From positions 1-55,329 of IMG/VR virus record IMGVR_UViG_3300012582_000006: a stretch of 55,329 bases of DNA; one strand, given 5' to 3'. Positions 54,731 through 55,329 of this stretch are shown one piece after another. A model generated the notes under the pieces. It had not been told where the DNA came from. It saw only the letters and a list, made by a program, of their open reading frames with translations, and searched no databases. This DNA comes from a virus. Taxonomy: Duplodnaviria; Caudoviricetes. How positions within the stretch are numbered: the first letter of the stretch is position 1; every line of letters starts with the position of its first letter. A program made the translations under genes and the position numbers.

Positions 54731-54733
54731 CAA

Positions 54734-55024
54734 TTGCGTGAAGACACGAGACCATTTACAAAAGAGCAGCCGAGGAATGGGGAAATGATTTTGCATTGTG
54801 GGCATCCGAAAAAGCGACCACAACATTTTTATAGCTTTGGTCCAGGGATGCCAGAAGGGACTTGGGAACGGCCGGATGGAAGAATGGTGAAATCTCGCTG
54901 GATGATTTTGTGCGATGATTGTAACAACAGGCACGGCTTGCATGCTTATGAAGCGATAAAGGATTGTGCGATATGGCGGGAGAGTGGTCCGGTGATTCGA
55001 GACGTGGGTCGGTCTGGGAGATAA
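54734..55024 (+). CDS. hypothetical Cys/His protein
   Basis: HCGH...CDDC. Confidence 0.5.
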   Translation: MREDTRPFTKEQPRNGEMILHCGHPKKRPQHFYSFGPGMPEGTWERPDGRMVKSRWMILCDDCNNRHGLHAYEAIKDCAIWRESGPVIRDVGRSGR

Positions 55025-55027
55025 GAA

Positions 55028-55329
55028 ATGAATTTGCAGACGACAATTTCTGTTTACTCCGGTGGTCCAGGATCTGGCCGACACAAAGAAGCCGGAACGT
55101 TTCAGTATATGAAGGAAGGAGCGAGGGAATCGGAAACACATCATCATAATTTCTATCAGGGCAAGAATGGAACTGTTGTTCATACACAGGTTCCAAAGGA
55201 ACAGGGAGAGTTTAAGATTCACGAGGAGAATACTTCCGGTCGTAAGTTGGCTGGTAGTTGGGGAACGAAAGACGGTAAGGAATTCCAGCAAAGGATGTCT
55301 GAGCATTACGGAATAGGGGTGAAGCCTTG
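55028..55329 (+). CDS. GGPGSG-motif protein, truncated by window end
   Basis: MNLQTTISVYSGGPGSGRHK... open to the end of the window. Confidence 0.65.
   Translation, partial: MNLQTTISVYSGGPGSGRHKEAGTFQYMKEGARESETHHHNFYQGKNGTVVHTQVPKEQGEFKIHEENTSGRKLAGSWGTKDGKEFQQRMSEHYGIGVKP

Noticed and set aside
54404-55306. 300 aa minus-strand ORF
   Set aside because: Antisense to four + strand ORFs, several with good RBSs and one with a GGPGSG motif
1-55329. tRNA/rRNA genes, integrase, major capsid, large terminase, alternative genetic code
   Set aside because: None recognised by eye (a tRNAscan run would be needed to be sure); conserved genes are intact in code 11 and all three stop codons end genes

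Overview
A 55 kb segment of a large tailed dsDNA bacteriophage genome, with essentially all genes on the + strand. 1-22.9 kb is a replication/recombination/nucleotide module: 5'-3' exonuclease, sigma-like factor, DpdA-like transglycosylase plus FolE (7-deazaguanine DNA modification), beta-clamp-like and DnaX-like proteins, a family A DNA polymerase split into two genes with three genes between them, dCTP deaminase, an SSB with a very long charge-block tail, RecA, a single-chain SbcD-SbcC (Mre11-Rad50) fusion and ThyX. 23-42 kb holds virion/tail, lysis, homing endonuclease and probable internal head genes. 42-53.5 kb is a large nucleotide-sugar, methyltransferase and glycosyltransferase cluster. 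The most striking signal is four essentially non-coding arrays (29, 25, 26 and 50 units) of in-phase pentamers with a near-constant GG+pyrimidine triplet and a freely varying dinucleotide (GGY-NN). They look like information-bearing guide-type RNAs with a non-contiguous code rather than simple satellites. No cognate effector protein could be recognised in the window. All product calls come from motif reading only; no database searches were run.
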